DNA of 64,000 nucleotides. It comes from Octopus sinensis. Lineage: Eukaryota. The position numbers and the translations under genes were made by a program. Shown here piece after piece: positions 1 to 13,754 of this stretch (positions within the stretch are counted from its first letter, which is position 1; each line of letters begins with the position of its first letter). The notes beneath the pieces are model-generated. The model did no database searches. It saw only the letters and a list, made by a program, of their open reading frames with translations, and was not told the origin of the DNA. The DNA is taken from NCBI RefSeq assembly GCF_006345805.1, contig NC_043002.1, positions 5,890,001 through 5,954,000 of the forward strand, in the 5' to 3' direction.

Positions 1-330
1 CACAGACTCGTATGGTACACACACATGCGCACCCACATATACTCCAAAATAGATGCACATATGTATTCAACCATGCATGTACACGTATACAAAACCACAC
101 ACGCACACACACACACCACACACAACACACACACACACACACACACTCACGTGCACATACCCATACGCGTACAGTTATAATCAAATACACACGCGCGCGC
201 ACACACATATGTGCACAGTTATATTCAAATGCACGTCTAAAAACATACATGTATATATATATATACATATCCGCACACACGCACACACACTATGCGCGCG
301 ATACATGTCTACATACGCACATGCACAGGA
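1..330. repeat. Compound (CA)n/(AT)n microsatellite mosaic
   Basis: Runs of CA and AT dinucleotides; ORFs here are HT/YI repeat artefacts. Confidence 0.9.
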
Positions 331-708
331 AAAATGCAGGGTGGAAGTTAAAATACAGGAAAAAAGGGGTAAAAATATATGAAGCAATGAAAATATAAAA
401 ATATATCTCTATAAATATGTAAAAAAATATTTTAAAAATATATAAGAAACATATATAAAAAATATAGCGAGATAAAATGCTTGTAAGTGGACACAATACA
501 AAAAGCAAGTTCTATCTGTGATCTTGCGGGGACCAAAACGTAATAAATATTTAGCGACGTATGGACATGATCCAAAAAGTTCAGTTCTTGAATTCAGCCA
601 TGTAGCGGAGTCTAAGCTGCTTTTCCCGATGAGCCACCTTTCCATATGACAATGACCGCACTTACCACTGCCGTTGGTATATATATATATATTACTCTCT
701 ATATATAT

Positions 709-917
709 TACTTGTTTCAGTCATTTGACTGCGGCCATGCTGGAGCACCGCCTTTAATCGAGCAACTCGACCCCGGGACTTATTCTTTTGTAATCCCAGT
801 ACTTATCCTATCGGTCTCTTTTGCCGAACCGCTAAGTAACGGGGACATAAACACACCACCATCGGTTGTCAAGCAATGCTAGGGGGACAAACACAGACAC
901 ACAAAACACACACACGC

Positions 918-965
<48 letters not shown>

Positions 966-1136
966 CAATATACGACGGGCTTCTTTCAGTTTCCGTCTAC
1001 CAAATCCACTCACAAGGCTTTGGTCGGCTCGAGGCAATAGTAGAAGACACTTGCCCAAGGTTCCACGCAGTGGGACTGAACCCGGAACCATGTGGTTGGT
1101 AAACAAGCTACTTACCACACAGCCACTCCTGCGCCT
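709..1136 (-). mobile_element. tRNA-derived SINE, family A (octopus OR/CORE-like), full length with internal (AT)n
   Basis: Minus strand: AGGCGCAGGAG-TGGCTGTGTGG (A box), GGTTCAGTCCC (B box), ACCTTGGGCAAGTG CORE-like motif, tail CCAGCATGGCCGCAGTCAAATGACTGAAACAAG; matches copies at 12968, 31769, 37579, 47276. Confidence 0.85.
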
Positions 1137-1137
1137 G

Positions 1138-1190
1138 TATATATATATATATATATATTATAATATATATATAGATATAATATATATATA

Positions 1191-1248
<58 letters not shown>

Positions 1249-1262
1249 TATATATATATATA
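1138..1262. repeat. (AT)n microsatellite
   Basis: Near-pure AT run. Confidence 0.95.
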
Positions 1263-1264
1263 TT

Positions 1265-1460
1265 AAGTACAATCAACCAATTACTCGCTAGCAAACACTG
1301 GTAACGTGTACCACGGTTTGGTACAAAAAGAAACAAAGCAAAAAGATACAACGACAAGGAAAAAAACAAAAGAACAAACAGGTTGTATCAAGGTTGACGT
1401 TCAGGAAAACAGGAAGAAGTGCTTAATGTTCCGAGCATACGCTCGTCTACGGAATGGATT
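1265..1460 (-). mobile_element. Penelope-like short repeat (pLTR-like) with degenerate hammerhead-like core
   Basis: Plus-strand ACGTTCAGGAA...ATGTTCCGAGCATACGCTCGTCTACGG layout shared with 13523, 29947, 35246; adjacent to (AT)n. Confidence 0.4.
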
Positions 1461-1760
1461 GGCTAGTAGAGAGAAAAATAAAGAGATGCTTAAGTATATT
1501 GTAGTGAGTGCCTGTAAAGTCACGAAGGAACGTTGGCATCCTTTCGCCCCATCCCCACACCTCACTCAGGTTTGACACTGTGGAGCATCCAAGAAAGAAT
1601 CGGTGGGAGGACAGGCTGTAGCAAAAGCCGGTTGGTATCATTAAAGGTGAGTAGTCTGTAAGAATGTGGATGAATGGGTCTTACCGCCCGATTCAGGAAC
1701 TGAACCCATGAGTCAAACTTTAAAACCGTTAAACCACGTAACTGTTCTATGCACGCGCAC

Positions 1761-1810
<50 letters not shown>

Positions 1811-2923
1811 TATATATATAATATATATATATATAATATCCATCCATAGGTATGTGTCTGAGCATATATATATATCTGTGTGTATGTGTGCGTGTGTGCG
1901 CGCACATTCAAAAACACAAACATGCATACATATATACATATATACACACACATATGGAGATATGTTTGCATACATATAAACGTGTTTAGGTACATAAGCG
2001 TGCATACACTACACACGTACGCACGCACTTACCCCCCCCCACACACACACTATACAAATATAGCTGTATGGAAACGATAACAGAAACAAACGATATATAA
2101 AGACGGAGCGCACCTTATTCAAACTGTTACCATTCAAAGGCTTTGGTTGTCTTCCTCTGCTTTCTTATTTGTTAGAAATATTCGGCTACAAACACAATCA
2201 AATCCCAAAGAATATAAGCCCATTAGGTTTGCTGTTGTATGAATGGAGTAAAAGCCACGATAAACGCAAACACACAGAGATACATACGCACACACGTTAT
2301 CATAGTTTGATAGCCACGCTGTTTGGCTTATGTTCTGTATTTGGCGAGTTGTTCCATGTGAACAGGCATTGGTGATTGGTTGTTTCCATGAATATAGAGA
2401 GGAAGAAAGAGTACAGAGATATAACACACACACACACACGCGCAAACATAGACACACACACGCACACATATGCACACATATTCATTCAAACATACATATG
2501 TACATACATACATAAATATATATACATTACGCACACACACACAACTAATATTTATATGCATGTGTGTGTGCGTATGTGGTGTGTGTATGTATGTAAATAT
2601 GTGTGTGTGTGTATATTATAATATATATATATATATATATATAATATATATATATATTATATATATATGATATATATATATGTATATATATACGTGCACA
2701 TGCACACACCACATATGTAAATGCATATGTACGTATATATATATATATATATACATTTATATACATATAGGTGCATATATACACACATATACAAAAATAC
2801 AACACACACACATATATATTAAATACCTATACATTCATATATATTATTATACACGTCTGTAAACCAGTTACAAGCGCGCACACATACATACATACAGACA
2901 CACAGACACACAGACACACACAC

Positions 2924-2963
<40 letters not shown>

Positions 2964-3056
2964 CTGTATGTATAGACAAAAGAAAGAAGATAATTCTGAT
3001 TGTAGCCATGACAATTTGCTGTGATAGCTAAAGAATCGATCATATATATTACCTGG

Positions 3057-3277
3057 GGCAGAATCGTTAGCACGCCGGGCGAAATGCTCAGCGGTATTTC
3101 GTCTGCCGCTACGTTCTGAGTTCAAATTCCGCCGAGGTCGACTTTGCCTTTCATGCTTTCGGGGTCGATAAATAAAGTACCAGTTTCGCACTGGGGTCGA
3201 TGTAATCGACTTAATCCGTTTGTCTGTCCTTGTTTGTCCCCTCTGTGTTTAACCCCTTGTGGGCAATAAAAGAAATA
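3057..3277 (+). mobile_element. tRNA-derived SINE, family B
   Basis: GGCAGAATCG (A box), GAGTTCAAATTCC (B box), GAGGTCGACTTTGCCTTTCAT...GGGGTCGATAAA body, tail CCCCTTGTGGGCAATAAAAGAAATA; about 20 copies or fragments in window. Confidence 0.85.
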
Positions 3278-3412
3278 TATATTAACTGAGGAAAGTTTAG
3301 AAACCAATGAATTGTTTATATATTGTTTTTTTTTTACGAAATGAGTGAAAGCCTGTGTAAGTAATATTTCTATAGAAGGAAATTGGACGCAGAAACTGTT
3401 TGATATTCAAAC

Positions 3413-3668
3413 TGGCACTCCGTCGGTTGCGACGACGAGAGTGTCATTTGATCTGACCAACATACAGCCTGCTCGTGAAATTTACGTGCAAGTGGCTGAA
3501 CACTCCGGAGACACTGCGTACCCTTAACGGGAGATTTAACGTGACGTAGAATGCGACAAGGCTGCTCTTTGAAATACATGTACAAGTCATTTCTGCCAGC
3601 TGAGTGCACTGGAGCAGGTAAAATGTCTTGCTCAAGGATACAGCGCGTCGCCGGGAATCGAACTCACA
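3413..3668 (-). mobile_element. tRNA-derived SINE, family C, partial
   Basis: 3' part matches 40650-40820; 5' part matches the CCTTGAGCAAGACA...CCAGTGCACTCAGCTGGC block of 12548; B box GAGTTCGATTCCC on minus. Confidence 0.7.
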
Positions 3669-3717
3669 ATTTGTTTTATTTCAATTTAGCTATGATGGAG
3701 CAGGTTTATGTTTTATC

Positions 3718-3903
3718 TATTTCTTTACTACCCACAAGGGGCTAAACACAGAGGGGACAAACAAGGACAGACAAAGGGGTTAAGTCGATTACATCGACCC
3801 CAGTGTGTAACTGGTACTTAATTTATCGACCCCGAAAGGATGAAAGGCAAAGTCGACCTCGGCGGAATTTGAACTCAGAACGTAACGGCAGACGAAGTAC
3901 CGC
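3718..3903 (-). mobile_element. SINE family B, 5'-truncated
   Basis: Reverse complement of family B body and tail. Confidence 0.85.
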
Positions 3904-4089
3904 TTTGTCAAACTGCGTTTGTGTCCATCTGAGTTTATGTTGATGTTTCGGCTTATTCTCTAAAAAAAAAATGGTATTTGCTGCCCTGGCGGTTTGACAG
4001 ATCGATAAAATAAACATTAAACTAATATGATCGGGGTCGATATGATCGGCTAAAACAGTTAGAGGCAGTGTCCCAGGAAGGCTGCAATC

Positions 4090-4231
4090 ATACATACATA
4101 CGGACATACATACGTACATACATACGTACGTACATACATACATACGTACATACATACATACGTACGTACATACATACATACAACATACATACATACATAC
4201 ATACATACATACATACATACATACATACATA
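4090..4231. repeat. (TACA)n microsatellite
   Basis: Direct inspection; a second (TACA)n lies at about 5090-5240. Confidence 0.95.
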
Positions 4232-5078
4232 CGATGTTTGGTCTTGCTGGATTTTCATAATTGCCACAGCAAGTTGGCATGGTACTCTTCATTGATGGTG
4301 CAGTCCTTTTGAAAATAGCCAATAAACACTATGGCTTTTGTATCCCTCAAAATCTGAGACCATCACCTTCCCTGCGGATGAAACGACCATGACCTTCTTT
4401 AGAGAAAGTGAGGAAGGGTGTTTCAGCCCACATACTGTCATTGTTTCTGGCTCAAAGTGAAGCCAACACTCATCATGGGTTAAGAAACGTTTAAGGAAAC
4501 CAGCTGGATTTGCCTCAAACGATGTCAGATTTTCCTGTTATGAGATAAGCCAGTGCACTTTTGATCAGGTGTCAGAAGACGTGGCGCCCACCAAGCAGAA
4601 ATCTTCGTCATGCCAACTTCATTGTTCAGAATATCCTCAACTCTCTCACAGGATATGCTAACAACATCGGCTATTTGATTTATAATCAATCGCCTGTCTT
4701 CCATCACCATCGATCAATGTTTTCCTCGGCAGTGGCGGTTGCAGGCCGTTCAGACATTGGGTCATCTTCAACGCTCTCCATTCCCTTCCAAAATCCACTG
4801 CCCACTTTTGAACTGTTGATCAAGCTGGGGTGTCATCCCCTAACATAGCAACCATATCAACATGAATGTCTTTGGGGGCTAAACCCTTTTACTGCAGGTA
4901 CTTGATATCATCACGATGCCAAAATTTCAAGAGAAGTCGCCATTAGTTATTTCTGAAGTATTTCTTTGAACAGTCAAATGCCAGTTCACCTGGAATGAAG
5001 CAATGCAGTTATTAAGGAGATCTGGAAAATAATGCCCGCCAGATTTCACAGCATGAACTTTTCAGCCCACATTCGTAC
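4232..5078 (-). mobile_element. Decayed mariner (DD34D-type) transposon, 3'-truncated
   Basis: Peptide MVMEDRRLIINQIADVVSISCERVEDILNNEVGMTKISAWWAPRLLTPDQK (HTH plus WVPRLL-like motif); TIR-like TACGAATGTGGGCTGAAAAGTTC at 5078-5056; frameshifts. Confidence 0.85.
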
Positions 5079-5333
5079 AAACTTACAAAACATACATACA
5101 TACATACATACATACATACATACATACATACTGGGATGCATACATACATACATACATACATACATACATACATACATGCATGCATACATACATACATACA
5201 TACATACATACATACATACATACATACATACATACATGCATACGTGTGTGCATATGTATGTGTGTGTGTGGTGTGTGTGTGTGTGTGTGTATGTAAGGAA
5301 AAAGAGAAATAGAGAAAGAAAATAGAAATACAA

Positions 5334-5667
5334 AATAGAGATTGTTTTAACATCGAACAAACGCTGACATACGAAACGTACACGCAACCAGACACAAATA
5401 CATACATGCATACATACATGTATAAAAGTATATACTTATGTACGACCGTGCATAAGACTATCGATATTAGTGGGTGGCTAAAGAGAATTTATAAAAGTGA
5501 AACCTATGTAAATGAGACGTAAATTTTTTGGTGGTGGAATGGAAGGTAGAGGTATACAGCTTGCAACAAAATTATGCCGCCGACAACGAAAATGAAAGAT
5601 GATGAAGAAGAAGAAGAAGAAGAAGAAGAAGAAGAAGAAGAAGAAGAAGAAGAAGAAGAAGAAGAAG
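5334..5667 (+). repeat. About 330-bp segment ending in (GAA)n, duplicated in inverted orientation at 58808-59135
   Basis: Direct alignment by eye: six substitutions and one 4-nt indel in about 265 non-repetitive nt. Confidence 0.9.
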
Positions 5668-5899
5668 GGGAGAAGAGAAAGAGGGTGGAGGAAGAGACTT
5701 GCAAGTGCTGCTATGTGAGATTGTAAAAAGGAAAGGAATTGTCCTAGGTTTGTGGTTTATGTTGATGGTGGAAATGGTTCTGATTAGGATGAAAGTCGTT
5801 GTTGCGATAGGTTTTGTTAACATTTTTGTTAGCATTTGTTGCGATCACGCGGTCGTTATAATGACGGGAGTGTTTGACAGAAATCATGACAGTGATGAT

Positions 5900-6300
5900 T
5901 ATCAATAAGATGTCGGTGGTGGTGGTCACTGTGGATATGTTGGCGGTGGTGTTGGTTGAGGGTAGTGTTGGTTGTGGTCATAATAACGTTGCAGATTGCT
6001 GATTACCGTGGCGGTGGTAGTGTGATAGTCTTTCTAATAGTATGGTTGTGGTGAAGGCGATGATGGTGGTGGTGGCGGTGGTGGGGTGGTGTTAGTGGCG
6101 GTGGTGGTGGTAGTTATGGTGTTGGTGTTGGCGGTGGTGGAGGTGGTGGTGGTGGTAGTGGCGGTGCTGGTGGTGATGTAGGTGTTTGCGGTGGTGGTGG
6201 TGGCCATACTGGTGGCAGTGGTGGCGACAGTGGTGGTAGTGGTGGCGGCGGTGACTACAGTGTAGTATGAGTAGGAGTGACGGCAGTGGTAAACACAGCC
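5900..6300. repeat. GGT/GGC-rich low-complexity tract
   Basis: Degenerate (GGT)n triplets. Confidence 0.8.
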
Positions 6301-7049
6301 AGCCCCTATGTCGGTCGGTCAGTCGGTGGGTCAGGCGGTCGGTGCGTCGACTGACCGGTTAGTCGGTTGGTCAGAGAGTAATTCGAAGCTGTCTTTATTG
6401 GTGTTGGTTACAATTGTTTCACTTCTTCCATCTTCGTACGTATTCGGTGGCGGCGGCGGCGGCGGCATCGGGGCTTCAGGAATTCCTGGGTGATAACTGC
6501 TTATTTGAAAAACCAAAATTGCAAATGTGATCGAATAACGAAAAAAAAAAAAAAAAAAAACCTTACAAAACTTCCCTCTTCTCCTCTTCCCCTCTCCTCT
6601 TCCTCCTCCTCCCTCCTCCTCCTCCCCATCTCCCTCTCAAACAACATCAAGCTGGTCTTGGAAACTTCTGTTGACATGGCAAGTTTCCTAATAGAATAGA
6701 GAGCTTTGTTCAGTTGAAAATGGTTACGCTTTTGTTAAGCTCTTTCTAACAACATTTCCCTGGTCAAACTATTTGCTTCAGAGGATACACACGATCTGAG
6801 ATTAATTATTATTATTATTATTGTCGTTGTCGTTGTAGCTATTGTTGTTGTTGTTGTTGTCGTTTGTTGTTCGCATTCATACAAATACTATATATTATAA
6901 GTTGGTTTTCTCCAGTCGATTCCAATCTTCTCCCCAATATAAATCGCTTCGCTTCGTGGCGGTGACAATGTTATTTTTGTCGACATAGCTTCATTTCGAT
7001 CACTCACACACGTACGCGTGCGCACGCATTCACACACACACAACACACA

Positions 7050-7109
<60 letters not shown>

Positions 7110-7358
7110 GACCTTTTACCACACATGTACCTATATATTTGTGTGAAACAATTACATATAGCGACCTACTCTCTCTCTCCCTCTTTATATGTATATATGT
7201 ATATGTATATACATATATATGTACACACATATTTACATAAACGTATATATATACATACATATATACATATATATTTATGTAGATATATATTAATTTATAC
7301 TTTACATATGTGCGTATATCATATATATTTGTGTGCGTATATACATACATATATACAC

Positions 7359-7389
<31 letters not shown>

Positions 7390-7422
7390 TGTATGTATGT
7401 ATGTATGTATGTATGTATATAC

Positions 7423-7467
<45 letters not shown>

Positions 7468-7525
7468 TATGTATGTATGTATGCAAATCCGTTAGCGTGT
7501 GTATGTGTGCGTTTGTATACACACA

Positions 7526-7565
<40 letters not shown>

Positions 7566-8364
7566 CACTCATTCTATCTTTTCTGTCGCTCTCTTTGTCA
7601 CATTCAAACTCCTCCCCCACATTCCGCAACCTCCACCCCCACCTCACTCACTCGTATTTTTCACTGATTGCAGATAATGAACAGAACCAGAACGAGTGTT
7701 GTTTATCTTCCTAGACAATAACAACAGCAGCAGCAGCCGCAGTAGCAGCAGTAGCTTCACCACCACCACGAGCAACAACAACAACAACAACAACAACACT
7801 TCTTGCTGTTACATACCAATGGACAAAGGTATTTAAACAGTATGGTAACATATGCAATGTAACGACGAAACAACGCAATGATGACAATGGCAATGATGAC
7901 GATGACAACGACGCCACCGCCGCCTATGATGATGACGATAACGACTTCACTGACGACGGCGATGGAAACTGCAATTACATCGGACACACAGCAACAACAA
8001 CAGCAACAGCAACAACTATAAAGCAGCGATTGGCATAGAAAGTTGATGATAAAACTGCAACGAATAAGAAATAGTGTTTGCAATGAAACCAAATCCATTT
8101 CTGAGCGCAATTTACTTAGGATTTTTCGATTAGCTATGCACCAAATAACGGTAATATTGGGGAGGAAATCGGATGAGGCAGTATTATGTTTGATATTACT
8201 TAGCAGAGATAATACTTTTAACTAATATTAAAAAAACGGCAACAACAACAACAAATGAGAAAAGCGTTTGTAGCTGTAATATTTGATTTGAAAATTTAAT
8301 GATTTACATAACCAATCGCCTTTTAAACTGACAGATAATATGAGTGTGTGTGTGCGTGTGTACA

Positions 8365-8461
<97 letters not shown>

Positions 8462-8470
8462 GTCTGTTTG

Positions 8471-8541
<71 letters not shown>

Positions 8542-8570
8542 GTTTGTCTGTCTATCTGTCTCTCTCTATA
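8365..8570. repeat. (TATC)n microsatellite
   Basis: Direct inspection. Confidence 0.95.
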
Positions 8571-9965
8571 GGTGTGCATATGTGCACATGTTCGTGGGTG
8601 TGCGCTTGTGATTGTGTGTATGTGTGTTAGAAAATAATATTTTTACATCAGACACACACCTCACTGATAGACACCCACCAATAGCTTTTCCTACATATAG
8701 ATAAAATACAGGCGTTACAAAGATAAAGATGGCGTATTGAGATCTCTTTTCTCGGAGTTCAAACCTAGAGGGACATGAAAACAAGGTTTGATAAATAAGG
8801 TATTAGTTTAACACTTTAATGAAAAGAGACACTGTCCCAATGTTTCGGACGTTAGTTATTCATCAGAAAAAGAAAAAGAACGAAAGAAAGAAGCATAGGA
8901 GAAGTGTAAAAGAAAAATAGTGAAATATGCAAAACAAACAAAAAATGAAGGTTTAAAACCAGGTAAAAATGCTCTTCTATGTGAGGGGAGAGTTAAGAAG
9001 GAAGAAAGGATTGTGTAGATGCAAGTGCCAGCGTGTATATGTGTCTGGATGCGAGCATTAGTGTGAATGTGGTGTGTGTGTGTATCTTAGTGTGGTGTAT
9101 GTGTGTAAAGATGTGCAAATGTGAAAGTACGGTGGCGTTGATGATATGAAAGCGTGTGAGTCCCTGTATATAAGCATGTATTGTAGGGAGTGAATGGTCA
9201 TATAGTGGAAGGCATATGTATGAGAGTGTGAGTGAGTGTGCATGTGTGTGTGTATGTAGGCGTGCGCGGGCATGTGTGTGTATGCAAAGAGTAGGTGTGT
9301 GTCGGCGTACCGGTATGTGTGTCTATGTGTGTCTGTGCATGTGTTAAGGAGATAAAACAGGGGAGGGTGTGAATAGCAATATGTGTGTTTATGTGCGTGT
9401 GCGAAGAACGTACGTGAGGGTACGTGCGTGATCACATATGGATGTGTGAGCCAAAGAGACAAGACGTAGATGAATAAAGGTATCTCCATGTGTTTATATG
9501 CGTATGAGTGTGAGGGGAGGGGTGCGACGAAAGGAAGGTGTGTATGTAAATGTACGTATGTGGATGCTGTGTTAGTGTGTTCTGGGTACGTAGGTAAGTG
9601 TGGAGAAGGTGATAGGAGAGATACGGATAGTTTAGGAGGGTGGGTAGGCTGTACGTTGGATTGCGGTGGAGCTGCGGGGAGAAGATGGGGGGGGGAAGGG
9701 AATCGGTATTTAATTCTGGAGTAGATGGGGGAAGAAAAAGTGAGTTGGTGACTTTAGACCAAAGGGTGTACAACTTTGAGAAAGAAGATGAGCACTTGGT
9801 TCCACTGCAAACAAGTGGTGGCGGATCTGCTGATGTGTGAAGTTATTCATGTACTTTAAACTAATATACATTCACCAATACATATACAAACTTATATGTA
9901 TTCGCCAATACTAATTTAGTCTATGTATTTCAACACAATGGATATATGCACACACACATATATAA

Positions 9966-10057
<92 letters not shown>

Positions 10058-10117
10058 TACATGCATATGTATTCGTATATATGTGTATGTGTATATATAT
10101 TTATACATATATATGTT

Positions 10118-10152
<35 letters not shown>

Positions 10153-10386
10153 GTATGCGGGAGTATATGTATATATATGTATTCTATACGCAGCTGATGA
10201 TTGCTCGACATTTTAAAACTGATGTAATACTTACAGTGTTTAATAAAATGAAGTAGCATGAAACAATTGTACTACTCTACCTTGGATATCCTTGTTGCTT
10301 ATTTTGATTATAATCACCCCATTTGATTTATATGGATAATACCATATAAAATTCTGGTGCTTTTAACTTAAGTACCATATTCATAT

Positions 10387-10447
<61 letters not shown>

Positions 10448-10475
10448 GGAAGGTTTGGAGATGATGTACAGGTAT

Positions 10476-10903
10476 TATATATTAGAAGAAATGAGGTACT
10501 CAGAAAATCGGATGGTTTATACTTACAGATATTCATTTGTATATTACATTTTTTATATATCATATAACTTAGATCATGTATTAGCGCTTTCTCCCATTCT
10601 AGTGGGGTTTTCAAATCAAACTAAGTTCCTGTGTGAGGAGTTTTGACCATTTTATAGTGGTATTGAGTTTGTGGTGGTGGGGAGGAATATTGTACTGTCT
10701 TATATTCCTCCCCACCACCACAAACTCAATACCACTATAAAATGGTCAAAACTCCTCACACAGGAACTTAGTTTGATTTGAAAACCCCACTAGAATGGGA
10801 GAAAGCGCTAATACATGATCTAAGTTATATGATATAAAAAAATGTAATATACAAATGAATATCTGTAAGTATAAACCATCCGATTTTCTGAGTTCCTCAT
10901 TTC

Positions 10904-10915
<12 letters not shown>
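10476..10915. mobile_element. Foldback/MITE-like palindrome, about 215-bp arms, 11-nt spacer
   Basis: 10476-10690 is the near-exact reverse complement of 10702-10915; spacer TGTACTGTCTT; TA-rich termini; internally deleted relative at 20820. Confidence 0.85.
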
Positions 10916-10945
<30 letters not shown>

Positions 10946-11419
10946 ATATATAAATTTGAGAAAAACCACTATTATGTACGCCTTGCTTTTCGTCCATTGC
11001 GAGATGCAAATTAATAGCAAAATTACGCGGGTTAATGAAAATGGAAAACAGTTTACCAGTACACGGCAGTGTACAATGACTTTAAAGCAGAAAATGAACA
11101 AATATTCTGGAGTCTGTTCGAACGGCGATACCTCCTCCCCGTTGCAACATTTTCGTGACCCCGTGTCTTTGTTCAAAGAAATCGATCAAATAACATTTAC
11201 AAGAAAGTGAGATACATTAATTATTTCTCGAAAGACAGATGGGTCTTCATCAATCTTCGATGGAAACATCAAAACATCTTGCTTTTTATACAAACCTTCT
11301 CATTTGGGGGTTGAGGTATTTATATTTTGAAAATACCTCCTGGACTTTTAATCTGTCATTATCTAGAAGATTAGTTTACTTTTTCAAGTTGGCAAGACAA
11401 ATACTAAGTAACAATTAAT

Positions 11420-11450
11420 CACGATAATACAATTAAATAATAATAATAAC

Positions 11451-11485
<35 letters not shown>

Positions 11486-11511
11486 TAATAATAGCAATAA
11501 CAATAACAATG

Positions 11512-11564
<53 letters not shown>

Positions 11565-11630
11565 GATGATGACAACGATGATGATAAAAATAATAAAATT
11601 GATAATGATAATAATAAGAATAATCAAAAG
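11420..11630. repeat. (ATA)n/(ATG)n trinucleotide tract
   Basis: Direct inspection. Confidence 0.9.
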
Positions 11631-11702
11631 CTCACAAACATTGCAGTTCCTTTTCTTATTTTTATGTTTTACCTTCTATTTTTCATATTTTTATTAGTAT
11701 AT

Positions 11703-11734
<32 letters not shown>

Positions 11735-12547
11735 GTGTATTCCATGAAGCGGGAGTGGTGAAATCTGCAATTCTGCTCGTCATTGTGAATTTGAAGAATG
11801 CTGTTTATCTTACACTTAAAGAATAAGTTTCCGACAAGCCAATGAGAGAATCTACATGCGGTCATTTGACTTGCTAGAAATAGTAACCGAATCGAAACTA
11901 AATCACACACTTCTGTTTTTAAAAGAGAAGAGGAAGGTTACGCTGGAAAATGCAGTCTTAGATATATAAAACAATGAGATGGTAACAAAAGGGACGTCTT
12001 CAACCTCGTTGCTAACGTGTTTATTCGTTGCTAACCCAAGTGTCCATCAACAATGACCAAAAATTCTATTGAAATCATTCCAATTGATTTCTTGAACTTA
12101 AGCTATTCTTAGTGAAAAAGAATATCTTTAAAAGGCTGAATAAATCGGTCGACGTGTGTTAAGTTCTCAAGCCAAAATTCGATTTGTTGGCATCTTCTTT
12201 CCGCTTCTCATAGAAACGTTCTCTCTTCGGAATATCATCATAAAGGTTTCCGGTAGTTGCACCAAATATTTAAAGCAATTTTCATGGTTGGATTCGAAGT
12301 ACTTTTGGTTCAAAAATCTATTTTCTGTTTATGCAAGTAATAGTTCCTTGAAAGGTGAATAATATTTGGCTGGAATACTATCAAGTAAAGGAGTAAAAAT
12401 GTCAAGATACCAAGTTTAGGGAAACTGATAACAGATTAACAAATAAAGTAAAACGAAATAAATTTTGAAAAAAATGAATAAAATGTTTGTCCATTGCGAC
12501 TGGCTGTATATATACACGTATATATACATATGTGTATATATACAAAT

Positions 12548-12695
12548 TCCTGGACCGGGCGACGTGTTGCGTTTTTGAGCAAAACACTTCATTTCACGTT
12601 GCTCCAGTCCACTCAGCTGGCAAAAATGAGTAACGCTGCGATGGACTGGCGTCCCGTCCAGCTGGGGAACACATACGCCACAGAAACCGGGCTAG
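12548..12695 (+). mobile_element. SINE fragment with V-domain-like motif
   Basis: TTGAGCAAAACACTTCATTTCACGTTGCTCCAGTCCACTCAGCTGGC followed by GCGATGGACTGGCGTCCCGTCCAG, which resembles the V-SINE central domain as recalled. Confidence 0.55.
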
Positions 12696-12967
12696 GCTAG
12701 GCTCTAAAAGGGCGCATTTATTATTTTATAGAAATATAGACAAAATCGAACACAAATACACAGGGTATATGCGGTTTTTAGTTTGTGGGTCGGCTGCGAT
12801 TTTTAGGTGTAAGAGAATATATTCTCCATGCGCCTGGTGCAAAAACTACCTGAAAGTAAGCCACGCTCAAGCGAGACAGACATCGATGTCTCGCCATTGT
12901 TTTGACTTATCAAGACCGCATACCGAACAAGGCCAGCTGCAAGCTATATCGCCGACTATGACTATCT

Positions 12968-13360
12968 GCGTGGCTGCGTGGTAAGACGCTTGCTTCCCAA
13001 CCACATGCTTCCGGGTTCAGTCCCACTGCATGGCACCTTAAACAAGTGTCATCTGCTATAGCTTCGTGCCAACCAAAGATTTGTGAGTGGATTTGATAGA
13101 TGGTAACTGAAAGGAGCCTGTCGCATATATATCTATGTGTGTATGTGTGTGTGTGTGTGTGTGTGTTCCTGTTTGTCTCCCCTCCACCGCTTGACAATCG
13201 GTGTTGGCGTGTTTACGTCCATAAAACTTAGCGGTTCAGTAAAAAGAAAACGATAGAATCAGTACCAGGATTGGGAAAATAAGTCCTAGGGTCGTTTTAT
13301 TCGAGTAAAAGCATTAAAAATGGTTCCCCAGCTTGGGTGCAATCAAATGACTGGAGCAAA
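12968..13360 (+). mobile_element. SINE family A, diverged
   Basis: A/B boxes and body match 709-1136 with many substitutions. Confidence 0.8.
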
Positions 13361-13522
13361 ATATAAAATATGAAATATAAAATATGATATATATATATGT
13401 GTATATATATATATATGTGTATATATATATGTATGTATATACATATGTATATATATATATTTATGTATGTATGTACACACACACACACACACACACCACA
13501 CACACACACATATATATATATA

Positions 13523-13711
13523 GGGAGAGTTCACCTAAAAAAACAAAAGACGAAGACAGGTGGTGTACAAAACAAACAGATGTATTAGTACAACGCTCAG
13601 GAATAGAAAAATCGTTTACGTTTCGAACCTACGCTCTTCTACAGAAAGGGACACAGAAAAAACAAGGAGAAAAAATGTGTGTAGTGGCTAACAATCTATC
13701 ATGGCAACTAG

Positions 13712-13715
<4 letters not shown>
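13523..13715 (-). mobile_element. Penelope-like short repeat with hammerhead-like core
   Basis: Closely similar to 35246-35430; minus-strand CTGTAGA-A-GAGC-GTAG-GTTC-GAAAC-GTA at 13644-13617; (AT)n flanks. Confidence 0.55.

Positions 13716-13754
<39 letters not shown>

Noticed and set aside
9762-9840. Peptide ELVTLDQRVYNFEKEDEHLVPLQTSGGGSADV as a terminal exon
   Set aside because: Weak acceptor and no recognisable homology
12807-12855. 49-nt exon candidate with GTAAGC donor
   Set aside because: Peptide CKRIYSPCAWCKNYLK unrecognised; phase does not match the 25792 exon
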